The translations under genes and the position numbers were made by a program. A DNA stretch of 64,000 nucleotides, from assembly GCA_032718475.1 (NCBI GenBank), contig JAUCBJ010002273.1, positions 1-64,000 of the forward strand, given 5' to 3'. This document shows positions 1-11,800 of this stretch, in pieces. Origin of the DNA: Nemertoderma westbladi. Its lineage: Eukaryota > Animalia > Xenacoelomorpha. How positions within the stretch are numbered: the first letter of the stretch is position 1; the number at the start of each line of letters is the position of its first letter. The notes under the pieces were generated by a model. The model had not been told where the DNA came from, did not search any database, and saw only the letters and a list, made by a program, of their open reading frames with translations.

Positions 1-109
1 CGCGAACAAGATTCTTCTGAAGACGTTTGATTCGCTTTCAGTTTATTGTTGGCGTTTGTGTTTTGAAGTTGTATTCGAGTGGACAGTCGCGCCGGTTTCG
101 AGGTAACCA

Positions 110-3100
110 TAACCATAACCTTAAAAACAGTGAATCTACCACATCATGGTAACCACGCTGAGGTTTTGAAGAGTCCCATAGCACAGTAGTATTTTGACAG
201 GCTCAAGATACCGCGACACCAGGTAGGTTATAGAAATGTGTCTATATTGATTGCAGCGGAACAACTAATCGCGCACCAAATATGGGAAACAAGACCAGCT
301 GAGTCAAATGTGAATGGGCCACGCGCCCATAGGTCTATACTGGGTTGGTATACACACATACCTATCGCATATGAGTTTCCAAGTGGTGATAAGCCGAACG
401 ATGGATGTGATGATTCGCAAACTATACCACAGATATCACCTAATTCGTGCAATTCTGTAGAACAACCAGACATAGACGATTTCAGAAGAACCTTCATCGA
501 TCATTACAGTGACTTCAGTGAATCGGAGGAGGAGTTGTGTCCTGATAATGTTAGACTGTCAGAACTGCTCTATAACGATAGAACTGACAGTGAACCCGAG
601 GACTACTGTAATCAGACCCGTGGGTCTGGTTCAGTAGCTCACTCGACGTCTTTAAGTAAAGTCTTGAAATATACCAACATAGTGGAAGGTCAGGTAGCGA
701 AATATCGAGACCTCAATGTTTTTCAATTAAGCCAAGAAGAGTTGCAAAAGGAACTGATTCACCAAGAACTCGTGATGGGAGCTAAGACCATAGAATGGTT
801 AGACAAAGACGCAATGGAACCTGGAGGATATGACGTGACCATGTCTGCGGACGAGAAGAGATCAATAGAGATGATGGAGGACACTATACGCCTATTACCA
901 AGTGGACATTTTGAGGTCGGAATGTTGTGGCGTCAACAATAAATACAGCCTAGCTTTAAAACGATTGACTGGTGTACTGTAAGGGCGTGGCTGTTAATAA
1001 ATCAAGATATAAGGGAGAAATATTGCACTCAGATGAATAATTATCTGACCAAAGGATTCGCCGGAAGAGTATAGAACCCAGACATTGAGACCGACCAGAA
1101 TTATCATCTCCCACATCATTATGTAACCCACCCAGATAAACCTAATAAGGTTCACTTAGTCAATGATTGCGCTGCAGTCTATAAGGGCATGTCCCTAAAC
1201 TCCGAATTGATGGACGGTCCCAATCTCAATAACTATTTAATCGGGATCCTATTACGCTTCAGACAGTGCCGATTATGTTTCATCAAGTGAGAGCCTGCAA
1301 AGCAGATGAAGACAGCCTCAGGTTTCTCTGGTATGAGAACGAAGACTTATCAGGACCAGTGGTCACGTATCAGATGTACATTCGGATATTCGGTGCCCGC
1401 GACAGCCCGAACAGCATGTGTTTCATTCTAAAGAAAACCGCGATGGCCCAAATTGGGAACTATCCAGTGGACGTCATTGAGTCGATCCTCAAGAACTTTT
1501 ACATGGACGACAGATTGGTATCAAGGGACACAGTAGAAGAGGCGATACAAGTGGCCCACGATCTACAGAACTGTTTAGCAATGGGAGGGTTTCCTCTTAC
1601 GAAGTTTACTACCAATTCGGAGGCTTTACTAGAGTCCTTCCCGGTGAAAGATCGTGGGAGCGGAGATATCGAGCTAGGTGTGGAACCCATTCCCATAGCG
1701 CGAGTATTAGGACTTGGATGGAACCCAAATACTGATAAATTCCAGGTAAGGGTAAGATTTAAACCCAGACACAAGACATTGACTAAGAGAGTTTGCTTAT
1801 CGACCATGAGCAGGCACTTTGACCCAATGAACTTCATAAGTCCAGTGATATTGCAAGCAAGGATTTGCAAGAGGCAAATATGGTTATCGAAACTGGATTG
1901 GGACGAGCCAATATCCCCAATACATGTGAATCAGTGGAGAGAATGGGAGGCCGAATTGCATTTACTGAAGGACATAGATGTACCCGATCCTACTTTCCAA
2001 ACTAATTGGTATTTCCACCTGATTTGGAATTACACATTTTCAGTGACTCAAGCGACATGTAGACTGTTGAATCAATATAAATTCGAGATGGCTTTTGTTA
2101 CTTCTAGGTCGAAGACAATGCCACTCAAATATATGACCGTCCCTCGCGCAGAGTTACAGGCAACGGTAGTATCTGCAGAGGTAAGTAAACAGATCAAGGA
2201 GGAATTAGACACTACTTTGACATTATTTTATTGGATGGACGCATCTTTTGTGCTAGTTTCTATTGCAGCCGACAATATCGTGCTAAAGACGTTTGTGGCA
2301 AACAGGCGCGCTCAGATAGTCGATTTTTCGACGAAGGAGCAATGGAGACATTATCCAGTAGTATTAAAGTGGAATTAGTGGAAATAAAAGTTAACAAACT
2401 CTCCAAATCTAAATCGAAAGCCAGACAAGAGTCATTGGAGCGGCCTGAAGCGTCTTTGGAGCGGCCAGAAGCCAGAAGAGTCATTAGAAGGACCCATAGA
2501 CTTGTTGGACCAAGAGACAACAAGGTCTGGAAGCCACCCCTACGGATTGCGCACGGAACGCAAGGGTCAAAGTTGGTAAGTGACTGACAAGAAACGACCA
2601 TAACAGTGGAGCCTTCGGTTTACAACACTGCGGAGTTGGATTCGAAGATTCCATCACCATGGTCACAATTGTCACCATTACTAGAGTCATATAGTATTTA
2701 TGACAAATTGATAGAATCGTCAGCCTTTTTGCTGTCAATCTGTAAAAGAACCGCTTGGTTGAGCCGTTTTGTTTCATTCTGTTATTTGAAATTTACAAAA
2801 CAATTAGGGAAACAAACGAGTACTAATAATCATGTAATTCGGAAGTTAAAGCAACCTTTGACAGAAGGTGAGATCGATCAAGCTGAATTAAAACTTCTAA
2901 GACATTATCAAGTGTATGCCTTTCAAAAAGAATTTAGTCTATCAGTAAAGGCGTTCTTCTCCGATAAAGGTACTAACTTTGTCGAAGGAGATAATGAGCT
3001 TAATGCAGCTCACAGGATCGCACAAAATAAATAAATCTCTGCAGCACTTTTGCCCCACAGAGAATAGAGTGGAATTTCAACACTCCAGAGAGTCCTTGGA

Positions 3101-3646
3101 GAGGTGGAAGTTGGGAGCGCCTTGTTCGCTCCATAAAACAGGCTATAGCCAAGACAATATATAGCCATAGCTATGTTACCAGATGGTGTTACCAAGTCAT
3201 CTGCTTATGCAAAATCCAGCATTTCTTTTATTAGCTTCAGAGCCTGTCGATAGCGAGCTATATAGTCGAAAGAGTTGGAAGGTAACTCAACTATTAGGAT
3301 ATACCTTCTGTGAATATTGGTGGAACTATTATCTTCCCACAATATCCACCAGATCGAAGTGGTACAAAACTGTTCGTAGTCTCCAGAGGGGGGATTATGT
3401 ATTAATAACAGAACCGGTTACAAAGCAAAAATATTGGGAAACTGGTGTAATCCTACACGTACACCCGGACGTACAGGATGTAGTACCGTTACAGTGAAAG
3501 TTAAATGCAAGTGTCCAAACAAGGAAAAGTGTAAAACCAAGGGTTTACACACCTTGGACAGACCACTGCAAGATTACGTGTTATTAGAAGAAACACGCAT
3601 TGAGACAGGAGACTATAACTTGTCTTCTTCCTCAAAACAAAATTAG
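110..3646 (+). mobile_element. Degenerate BEL/Pao LTR retrotransposon pol (protease C-terminus, RT, RNase H, partial integrase) with stops, frameshifts and deletions
   Basis: BEL-typical motifs in successive broken ORFs: VSILIAAE..AHRSILGW, GHFEVGMLW, MFHQV..LRFLW, FGARDSP, FYMDD, RVLGLGW, FDPMNFISP, TVPRAELQA, FVANRR, SDKGTNF, YLPTISTRSKW, LDRPL..LLEE. No LTR found at either end. Confidence 0.9.
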
Positions 3647-3749
3647 TATCAGAAACGCAAATTCACTTCGAATGCATTCCTCATATGCAAATACTCGGAA
3701 ATGCATAGGAGCGGGTTTGTGGTGAATTCCTTTTGAAAATTTGTCTGGT

Positions 3750-4166
3750 GGGTATCAAATAAATTTTTTTGCATTTGAAATTTTTAAAAGTTAAAAATTA
3801 TACTTACTGTGAACCCAAGACAAATTTAAATGTTAAAATAGATGTGTCTAAAAACCTGTCTATAAAAGTACAGTAATTTTGAAAGTTGTGAAAAGTTTGG
3901 AATACATCGTATCTGAACACCATGGTCATTGCTATTATTAATTGCCGAAAATTGTGCACTACTTGTAATTGTGGTGCTGCAATATTACCACCCCAGTACA
4001 TTTTTTCGAAAATTTTAGGTCGGATCCAGACTAGTGATACCTACGTACAAACAAAAAATCAGACGTTTTCGTTAATATTTGTAGATTTTAGAGGGATGGG
4101 TCAATATGACCCCCCCCCCCCCCGGTATTTGTACAGCATTTTATAGCCCGGTACTAATAGGGTTAA
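3750..4166. mobile_element. One end of a TTAA-targeting (piggyBac-type) non-autonomous DNA transposon
   Basis: Ends in CCCGGTACTAATAGGG-TTAA (4147-4166), with a poly-C subterminal tract at ~4110. The partner end was not found and the left boundary is approximate. Confidence 0.4.
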
Positions 4167-5597
4167 AAGGGGAAAAGCCACCACCAATTTGGACAAAAGG
4201 TCAACTAAAGCCTCTCCCCAAGAAAGGAGACCTCGGTATACCAACAAACTATCGTGGGATCTGTCTGCTTGTGGTAGCTGCTAAAATATACAATAAAATG
4301 ATTCTATATAGGATTAGGCCTCACATAGAGAAACTACTGCGTAAGAGCCAAAACGGATTTCGACCAAGTAGATCAACAATAGCTCAGATACTTGCACTAC
4401 GGAGACTGATTGAATGAATTAAGTCAAAGAATCTCCCCGCTGTCATGACTTTTGTGGACTTCAAGAAGGCATTCGACTCCATCCATAGAGGCAAAATGCT
4501 TGAAATCCTAAGAGCTTATGGAATACCAGAAGTTATCGTTGCTGGCATTGGATTGTTATATTGTGACACAGAAGCACAGGTACTCTCACCAGATAGTGAA
4601 ACTGAGTTTTTCTCAATCCTGGCTGGCGTACTGCAAGGTGACACATTAGCACCATTACTATTTGTAATTGTACTGGATTACACAATGATGATGGCCACAA
4701 AGGGTGAAGATCTGGGATTCACACTTCAAGAACGCAGAAGTAGTAGATATTAAATTAAATTAAAGGAAGGATAGGAAGTAGATATATAAGGATATTAAAG
4801 GAAGTAGATATCCGGCAACTACAGTCACAGACACCGACTTTGCGGATAACATCGCCCTGCTCTCTAATACGCTAGCAGATGCACAGCTTCTACTAAATGA
4901 AGTGGAGAGGGCTGCTAAGGAGGTTGAATTGCATATAAATGCTACAAAGACCGAATTCATGACTTTTAATGTTGACGGAAACTTGACAACCATTGATAAT
5001 AATCAACTAAGGAAGGTTGACGACTTCCAGTACCTAGGATCATGGATAGAGAGTAGCAAAAAGGACATAGAAGTTAGGAAAGCAAAGGCTTGGGTAGCTC
5101 TATCAAAAAATGGATACCATCTGGAAATCATATCTCCCCAGGCACTTGAAGACTAAGTTCTTTCGAGCCACAGTGGAAAGTGTATTTTTATACGGGGGTG
5201 AGACCTGGACACTGACTAAATCACTTGGACAACGAATTGATGGTTGCTACACAAGACTACTAAGGGCAGCCCTAAACATCAGCTGGAGACAACACATGAC
5301 AAATGCCGAGCTTTATGGTACAACACCACCTGTATCAACCACCCTCCGTGAACGCAGATTAAGATTCAGTGGGCACTGCTGTCGAAGTAAAGACGTGGTC
5401 ATGCCAGATCTACTTTTCTGGCAACCAACTCATGGAAAGCGTAGTCGTGGACGACCGGCCATAACATATATAGATCAACTTGAAAGGGATACTGAACTTG
5501 GAAGAAACGAAATTGCGACAACTATGGAGAATCGGGAAACCTGGAAGGATCTCATTTCCACTGTCCGAGTTCGCTCAACTTAGTAGTAGTAGTAGTA
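4167..5597 (+). mobile_element. 5'-truncated RTE-clade LINE (reverse transcriptase, pseudogenised)
   Basis: PKKGDL..NYRGI, QNGFR, FVDFKKAFDSI, GVLQGDTLAP, DFADN (YADD equivalent), FQYLGS, RRLRFSGHC, GRP. Stop at 5583 lies within a (TAG)5 3' tail typical of RTE. Confidence 0.92.
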
Positions 5598-6020
5598 TAC
5601 ATGTATAAGACCGTGGGATCCCAACAGGAGTATGGAGAGTGAGAGCAAAAGGTGTTGAGTATTAGAGGAGCATGGGAGGGGAGGTATGAGAGTTTGGTGG
5701 AAAGTGAAGAGTGCGAGATCCATGTGTGGGGGGGGGAGCAGTGTGGAGGATGAGTCCTATGGGACTAGTGAGAGAGGAGAAAATTGTGTGAGGAGAAAGA
5801 GCGATCGTCTAAATAGAGACCCCAGATGCCTTGGTACAGCTTAGCTCGCAGAATGGACCAAGGATGGGTAGTGAAAATAGACCCAGAGGGGCCAGTCTGG
5901 AAAGCTGGCCACAAGAAAAAAATTCCACCCCACATCCAATGCTAGATTGGATTCCAGCGGAATTGGGGCGCACTAAAGGTTGATGCTATCTTCTCACCGG
6001 GAAGATAGCATGGGGGGGAG

Positions 6021-6606
6021 TGTTAGCGGATCCAATTTGTTGTACCACCCAGCGGAAAAAGGGCGAAGTGGCGATTTACCTATTATGTTCGGCTATGTGA
6101 TATTAGCAATATATTATCACATGCGGACACACCTGGCAATACACATTGCCAGCCTGAGGGAGAGATGCCAGCTCATCTCAGGGCAGAAGCTAGCATATTG
6201 GCCCAGGAAAGATAGTTCAGCCAATGGTGGGGCGAATTACCATCACTTAAGCGCGCATTCATTGGCTAGGCCAAACTAGCTAGGAGTTTACTGTGTGTAA
6301 TTATAATATAACCGTTAGTAACCGTTAACCTTTAGTTGGCTATGTAGATGTAGAAGTGTGTAAGTCACACGGTTTTTAACCGTCGTCGAATGACCGTGCT
6401 ATTATTGTAATCTGATTGTGCTATATTAATAATCTGATATTACGAACAACTGCGACTTTAAAACTCAGTTATTCAATCGGCCTCCGGCTTTATCAGAACT
6501 GAAACAGCCTTTCAGTAGCAAAGCGGACGCGACTTCGGCGACGCTATTTCCCAAGACTTAAACACACACACTGGTCGGGATCTTCACCAACTCAGATCCC
6601 GTCACA
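6021..6606 (+). mobile_element. 3' LTR of a separate LTR retrotransposon, preceded by its polypurine tract
   Basis: PPT GGGGGGGAG at 6012-6020, followed directly by TGTTAGCGGATC...GATCCCGTCACA (TG...CA with imperfect terminal inverted repeat). 5597-6011 is probably internal 3' sequence. Confidence 0.6.
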
Positions 6607-7581
6607 AAATTATTTCGTATTTTTATATTCGATTCGATAAGCAGCCTTAAAACGCAATAATATTTAGTTAAATAATTAGCCTCAAAATACGTTTTATATG
6701 TAGTTCTTTTGTTATTATTTGTTCCTGTGATTTGAGATGGGAAATGGGCGACCTAGCCATATTCCATTTCAACAAGTGAACTGCAGGTTCGTCTTATATT
6801 CATTTAATTTTATACAGTGAGTAGCTTTAATTACGTATATTTTATAATAAAACCATAGTGAATTAATTTACGGTGGCAATAATCTATAAATCAAATATAT
6901 GAATTTGCCTTTATATAATATCCATTAAATCTACTAAACAACTGTGCTAATTTCGTCTATGTTTCTATATTAATAAATATTTTTGTGCTAAATTTACCTT
7001 TAAATTGCGGCTTTTAATAATTGCCAAATTAATTTAGGGCGATTATGCGTTTCTGCTCGCTGGTTGGCCGAGAGCCCAGCTGGGAGAACCCTGGATCTGG
7101 CCGATCATGTGAGAAGAATAGATATTGCGTCATTCTTGTTAGTTTTGTGTTAGCCATCTTGAATTTGTATAATTTGCACTTCCGTTTTGAATGTAAATCT
7201 GGCCTTTCTGCTAAAAATGTGACTTTGAAATGATTACTGTGTGGTCTGATACTTGATTTTAATTTTCTGATTGTTAATTATAATCACTGATGTAATGAAT
7301 CTCGACTAATTCTTTGTTTCTTCGAGACTGTCAGACTGTTTGATGTTTTGTTACGCCGTTGCGGTAACAGCCCGCTTTAGCATGCAGGGCTAAAGGTAGG
7401 CGTAGTGGGCGCACTGTTCAGCGGCGACGGAGAGAGTTGGAGGATCCAATTTACGGCAGTACCGGCAGGGCAGGTGACTGCGGGTCGGGCTGAATGAAGT
7501 CTAGGACCGGGGACCGGTCATCATTAAGGCTATGAGGGCAAAGCGACCCATTTTTTGTCTCTCAATTTTTTAACTAGTTAC

Positions 7582-8152
7582 TGTACGCGCTTTTATAGAC
7601 CTTCAGCAGTTTAACCTGCCGAAATTTATATGTCTTTATTGATAATCTGCCTTTTTTAAGATAATAAGATTTAATACAAAACAAACCAAAAACATTAGCC
7701 GAAGCCAGTCCATGCGCGTCCAAATGACCCGTTTATAACACCGGGAGACTGGATTCGTGGGCTTAAATTTATTTGCGGTCAAGCCTACTGTATTATTCGA
7801 TTGATTACTAATATATAATCTCTGACAAATATTATTCACTTTCGGGAAATATTAGCAGTTCCTTTTAGGACGCGGCGCTCTACCTATGTAAACAGAGTTA
7901 TGACTGATACTACACACAACGATATGGCTTAAATTTCAAGCATAGGGCGCATTCTTTAGGAATGCTTTATTATCAGATCCAATCACTTTACAATCACGCA
8001 CGCTACCGGTAACGCACAACACTGCTCACTGATATGCCGACAGTTACTGACTTTGATCAGGTATAAAGAGATATGCACTGGACTCAGGTAGTGTCTGTCA
8101 AACAACATTAGATTCACTACAAACACAATAATAAAGTCGCAATTGTTGTACA
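7582..8152 (-). mobile_element. 3' LTR of exonuclease-carrying BEL/Pao element, copy A
   Basis: TGT...ACA termini. Purine tract AGAGAGAAGGGTTA (minus strand, 8153-8166) abuts the LTR start. Homology to 57201-57754 begins exactly at the TGT. Confidence 0.8.
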
Positions 8153-8898
8153 TAACCCTTCTCTCTAACCTGTAGTGTATCAAGGATATTGGGAAAATGC
8201 GGGTTGATTATTGATATTCTTCAACTAATAACATCCAATTATACTGATACAAAATTACAAACAGTAAAAGCAGTATGACGGTAGGTTAAGATATAATTAG
8301 ATTGCATTGAATCATAAGTTATAAATTGGATAGCTTTGATAATAGCTATGCTTTCTATAATTTAGCCTACTAATGTTCTTATAAAAAGGCAGAAAACATT
8401 TCGCTATATCAAAACGGTCTTAAAACACTGATAATAAAGTCTAAAAATCCTAACAAAATCATAACCAAAGTCCCGTGACTTTAGCTCTCTTATTTTCCAA
8501 GAATCCCGTTCAACACATGTAATCAGCAGTGAGACAGGATAATTTCAGTTCAGTAGCTCGGGATTGGTCGAAATCAGAACTAACTCAACGCAGGGCTATG
8601 GGTAACTGGGGCAACCTTCCCAAGCCGGCTGGCCAATCGAACAGCTCAGATCCCTCCTAAAGGATTCCAACGCCTTGGAGGGGGGAACTGGTTAGCAAAG
8701 AAAACAAATCAGTCATATCCCAGAAAAACCTTTACAGTAGGTTTCAGAGTATTTTAGCGTATGGGGGAAAAACTGGGTTGCGGGGCGAAGGGCCAGTTAC
8801 ATCCCACAGAAGCTTTTACACCGCTCCCAGAAAATGAGATTGAAGTCTATAAAATATACAAAATCGCAGTTTCTAATATACATAAATACTCTAAACAG

Positions 8899-11800
8899 TT
8901 AGTCTTTCTTGCGCGGACGGCGTTTACGCAGTTTTTTAAAGCTAGCCAGAGTCCTTTTCTCTTTGGGGCGAGCCACTTTACAAGGAGGGCTATAACTCCT
9001 GGGTGAAGGGTGCAATATAATTGCATCAGAGGGTGCAGGATTGTTGTCGGTATATCCGCCAGTTGAGGTTCCGGGTAGGTTGTCATCAACATCGGGGGAC
9101 TGAGGTCTAACGGCCTTTAGGGCTCGTTTTAGGACGGCTGCTCTCACAGGTCCTCTGCGAGTGGTCTGAACAGAAGCCGTGGGTGGACCGTAGGCTGTCA
9201 GAAACTGTCTTGGTTTAACAGTTCTCTCCAACTCGCGTTCGCGGGCTCGATATTCGTAAGGCCTTCGATATACTTCTTGTAACTCAGGATGCGAGTTAAC
9301 GAATAATTCTCCATAGTCCGGATCGCGTCGGATAAAGTTGATTAAATAATAGGAATGAATATCATTGGGGTTAACTCTCCTAAGGAATTTGCGCACAAAC
9401 TTAGTCGAAATACATTCTCCGACGCGCTTTAATAGCTCGTAACTCGGGATGCACGCTTTCTGTTCGACAGAAGCGAATAAATACGGATGGAACGCATAGA
9501 CTCCTTCGTAAGCGCGTCCAGGGTAGTAGCGATGACGTGAGTTACAATGTAAATCAGCGTTCGCTTCCCAAGCTCGAATGTAACGGAGTACAATCATTTC
9601 GTCTACACTCTCCAAATCTTTATTGAAGGGACAATCAAAGCTGGCGTGTCCTTTCAGCTGACAATGGTGGCATTGCATCATGAACTGGGGGCAGACAGCA
9701 AAAATGTGCGAATCATTGAGTCGACAATAAGCGCAGTAAATTTCCATCGAAGGCTGTTCGTGGAAATAGGAACATAGGATATTCGTATCCATAGGCGTAA
9801 TATGGTCTCTAGATGCGCATAACCGACAACGCTGACGATCAACATAGTTGGCATGGCGATAATCGTACGCAGTGAGACACTGTGGACCTTGATACCATTC
9901 GATAATATAATCGTTGTCGCTGTTCCGGGGCGTAGTAGGTTGAATCTCCTCAGATTCCATACACATAGGCTCGTCTTCCCAGTGTGTAGCTGCGGCGAGC
10001 GTAGTTGACTCTTCCGGTGGACCTACTGTTTGAATCTCAACGACAGAATAACCTGTGGTGAGTCGAGGTCTTTGTATAACAGAAGAATGTAAATTCTCGA
10101 TGCAAATATCCTTAAATAGGGCAAATCCGGCACTATCCAACTTCTCAGCAGCTGAGCTTCTCAGGCTGAGCTTGGTCAACGCGCGATCTTTAAATTGGCT
10201 ATCCACGTTGTGGAACGGGGTTAGAAATCGCCGGAAACATTCAAAGCGTATGAATTTGTTATGTTCATCTAGCTTAGCGAGTTTGGTTCCAAGTATTAAC
10301 GGATGGGCGCGTATAGTACGACTGCACACGTCGGCTAGCCAACCGGAAAGTGCGGTATTTTCCAAGATCGTGTAGATAGCTAAAGAGGGACGGAGTGGAA
10401 CACTCATGAAGCTATACACGGCGCCAGGTGCGGTCAACGGTCCGTCAAAATATAATCGGGAATAATGGTCTCCATATACTTGTTGATAATTAAGGGAATT
10501 TCCAACCTTGAAATTCCATCCGTATTCCTGAAAGGCAATATGTCCGATGGAAGTTCGTTGAACTTTAGTAATGTCGTTAGACGTATTAGCGTACATGGTA
10601 CGGAAGAAACCTCGGCCTTCTGCCCAAGGTGCAATTAACTGCGTGTCTACAAATGGATATGGTGTATCCTCCATATTTCGAAAATCATTTTGTAGATCTC
10701 CATAAACGGCGGAACCGATTTTAAGGATCTTTTCATTGAACAACATCTCGAGCACGGGTTGGGGTAGCATCGATCCATCGATACCCATGGCCGGTTTACG
10801 TTCGGTATCAATGACGTAACGCTGCGCGAGTACGAATTGACCATGCCGAAGATTCTTTTGTGTTTCCGTGAGAGTTTCAAAAGAATAATCAACCACGTCG
10901 GAACACGCTCGAGTAAACACGTGGGTAGAACCGGCTAATCCGCGTATATGGATCATGCGCGTGGTTCCTAATTCTCCGACTGGAACGCTGCCTTCATTAT
11001 CGTAGGTAACTACTCCATACATCTCGATGATATTAAGGGTCTCATTCCACTCTTTTGTAGCGTTCTCGAGGGTCATCCCTACCGGGTGCCATAAGGTAGC
11101 ACATTGGTTAGCGTCAGGGAGATCACTATACTTCAAGGATTGAGTGTTACACGTCTCCATATTTCCGTGTCTTTTTATTCTCTCCTCCTCGAATAATACG
11201 TCGAGATTCCAATGGACTAATCGAGTTTTAATGAATCCATCGAGGTTATAAGGAGGTATCGTATCATTCTCAATTCTAGAAATGTTATATGGTTTTCTAA
11301 AAGAGTTTACCTTTACTAACTGATCCAAATGTTTCTGTAATTGTTCGAGTTCGACAATGTCCAGAGGATTTATTAACGGTAGAAACTTCAAGCTATGCAT
11401 AGGATCTTCTGGTTTTATCATATAATATTGAGTCAGATTAACGTAATAAGGGTGATCTTTAATCCCATAAAACGAGTTCGTTAAAGGGCGAGCGCGTATG
11501 TTGACATCGTGTACCATACGACGGACAAGATCCGCTCGATTGTCCGGAGGTTCTACGAGTATACCGTCAACGCGAGCAGCTTCGATCGGCGGGCGCTGTA
11601 ACATGGGGGCGTCGGCGATAAGCTGGTGTGATCCTGTACTAATATCGACCGGTTGGGGTTGTACTTTCGCGAAGAGTTTATCTCCGAAGTTGGGAATCAT
11701 AGAGGGATGACGGATAGTTTTAGAGTATAAGTCCGTCATAAGGATTTGGGTTTCGGGTTGAGCTAAAGCGGCTTCTTCCCTCTCGTCCATTTCCGTATGT

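Noticed and set aside
1-30. CGCGAACA at the window start equals the reverse complement of the copy B LTR end, suggesting a 5' LTR boundary
   Set aside because: Only 8 bp are visible, no TGG-type PBS follows, and this pol differs clearly from copy B's. It cannot be distinguished from chance.
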